Below the pieces are notes generated by a model. That model was not told where the DNA came from, did no database searches, and saw nothing but the letters and a program-made list of their open reading frames with translations. This document shows, piece after piece, positions 60,792-64,000 of a DNA stretch of 64,000 nt (positions are counted from its first letter, which is position 1; every line of letters begins with the position of its first letter). The stretch covers positions 186,001-250,000 of the forward strand of contig NIVC01000932.1 of NCBI GenBank assembly GCA_002269645.1, given 5' to 3'. The translations under genes and the position numbers were made by a program. The DNA is from Macrostomum lignano. Lineage: Eukaryota.

Positions 60792-60870
60792 CAGGGGTTG
60801 GCAAACTCATGGTCCGAGGGCCACATGCGCCCCGCTAGGCCTCTCTAACCGGCCCTCGGGTCCTTTAAAG
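60792..60870 (+). mobile_element. hAT (Charlie/Buster-like) transposon left terminus; partner end not found in window
   Basis: CAGGGGTTGGCAAACT..GGTCCGAGGGCCACATGCGCCCC resembles Charlie-type ends and subterminal GGCCC motifs; GTCTAGAT lies just upstream. Confidence 0.45.
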
Positions 60871-62112
60871 CCTCACAATAGCAATCCGGCCCGCTCAGGG
60901 TCTGTGTCTCTTCTCAGCTCTCTTCTCTCTTCTCCCTCTTCTCTACCGTCTTTTCTCACCCCTCTCCTCTCTGCTCTCCTCTTCACTTCTCTATCTTCTC
61001 ATTTATCTATTCTCTCATTCCGCCTCTCCTCTCCTGGCCACGGCTCTGAGGAACACCGCTCTGATGGTAAGGGCTTAGGCCATCCCCCCAGTCGGATATC
61101 TTTTGCCTGGCTGTTGGGTTCCGGGTTGCGGCCCAGCGCTCTCTCGCGGACCTTAGCCCCCATTTGCTTTGCAGCGGACTATATGGGGTACTAATGTACG
61201 ACCACCGCGTCCCTGCATGATGCTGGAACGCCAACTGAGTTTTCAAAACTACAAACGCCAACTGAGTTTTCAAACTTCAAAACCTAGCGTTGAAGTTACT
61301 GGACAACAGGATAGTTGAGCCTCACATCTCTAAGAAAGCCGCCTCATCTACCGCTTCTGAGAAGGGTGCCGGCAACTCTGCGAATACTGCGGGGTGGGCC
61401 GAAATTCGTGCATCGGTTGCTGCCAAGCTTCTAGTGATGCAACTCTCACGGCTACGGAGGGATCCGACAGGTGCCGACAGCGTCCGGGTGATGACTGAAT
61501 GCTTGAGAGACTAGCTGGGGATGTCCAGCAGTTGTGATTTGTCCACTGTCGAGGCTTGATCAGTGAAACTGGAGAAATTTTTGCAACACCGATGTCCATA
61601 GTCACCTGGTGCCACCTGTTGAGGGTCCAGAAGCTCCACCTGGATGAAAGCCAGTGACCAACAAAGTCAGAGCTGATGCAGACACGTGGTGGTCGACGTG
61701 CTGATGAAATTTGGAGGCTTGGCAAGGCTGCAGGGCTGATTGGCGCACAGGGGTTGTACTGAATACACTAACGCGTATGGGAAAAATCCGACCTTCTGGC
61801 AGAATCGTTGAATATCTCGACGGTCCGAAGGACTGGCAACTTGATTCTTGTTAGAAAACTGGAGTAATAAAAAGTTTTTCCGTATTCTTGAATTTCGTGT
61901 GACTGTGTTGCTCCGTTCCGGCGCAGCAAAAAAACAGCTGGACCAAATCTAGGCTGGACTCCCACCTGGTCAAGATGGCCCTAAGCGGCACCGTGCTTCG
62001 AGTCCTGAAGACCAGGAGGATCAGGCCCTCCACATCCAATCCCGCCGACAGCCAGTCTGGGCAGCAGCTCCTCGAGATGCTGAAAGCCTTCGACTGGGGT
62101 TGCGGAGTTGGG

Positions 62113-64000
<1,888 letters not shown>

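Noticed and set aside
61290-61965. ORFs between the hAT-like end and the LINE tail
   Set aside because: No recognisable domain; stops in all plausible continuations; only a faint KSRLDSHL LINE-like word, too weak to call.

Overview
This window is AT-rich, intron-rich eukaryotic (metazoan) DNA. The GC-rich exons, small introns packed with private minisatellites and AT-rich spacers resemble a free-living flatworm such as Macrostomum, but this is an inference that was not verified. Five recognisable spliced genes were reconstructed by hand from GT-AG boundaries and reading-frame continuity: (1) the first two coding exons of CAPS/UNC-31 (minus, runs off the left edge); (2) a complete 9-exon MLH1 (minus, 745 aa) whose intron 3 holds an intact DD34D mariner transposon; (3) an ~21-exon voltage-gated calcium channel alpha2delta subunit (plus, 28942-42276) with one apparent 1-nt frameshift; (4) a 3-exon orphan rhodopsin-class GPCR (minus, 416 aa); and (5) a 6-exon RBFOX/Fox-1 splicing regulator (plus, 315 aa). 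There is also an unannotated 2-exon 73-aa small ORF downstream of RBFOX. Mobile elements include a decayed RNase H-bearing LINE at the right edge, RTE and other LINE remnants, tRNA-derived SINEs (one CORE-type), MITE/Helitron-like hairpin elements and more than 20 tandem arrays. No CRISPR, rRNA or bona fide tRNA genes are supported. The most notable leads are an intronic 57-mer array in the alpha2delta gene in which nearly every unit carries the RBFOX motif GCATG inside a branch-point/3' splice-site mimic, the new microprotein, the alpha2delta frameshift, the intact mariner in MLH1, and an array of ~80 consensus 5' splice-site hexamers right after the RBFOX stop codon.
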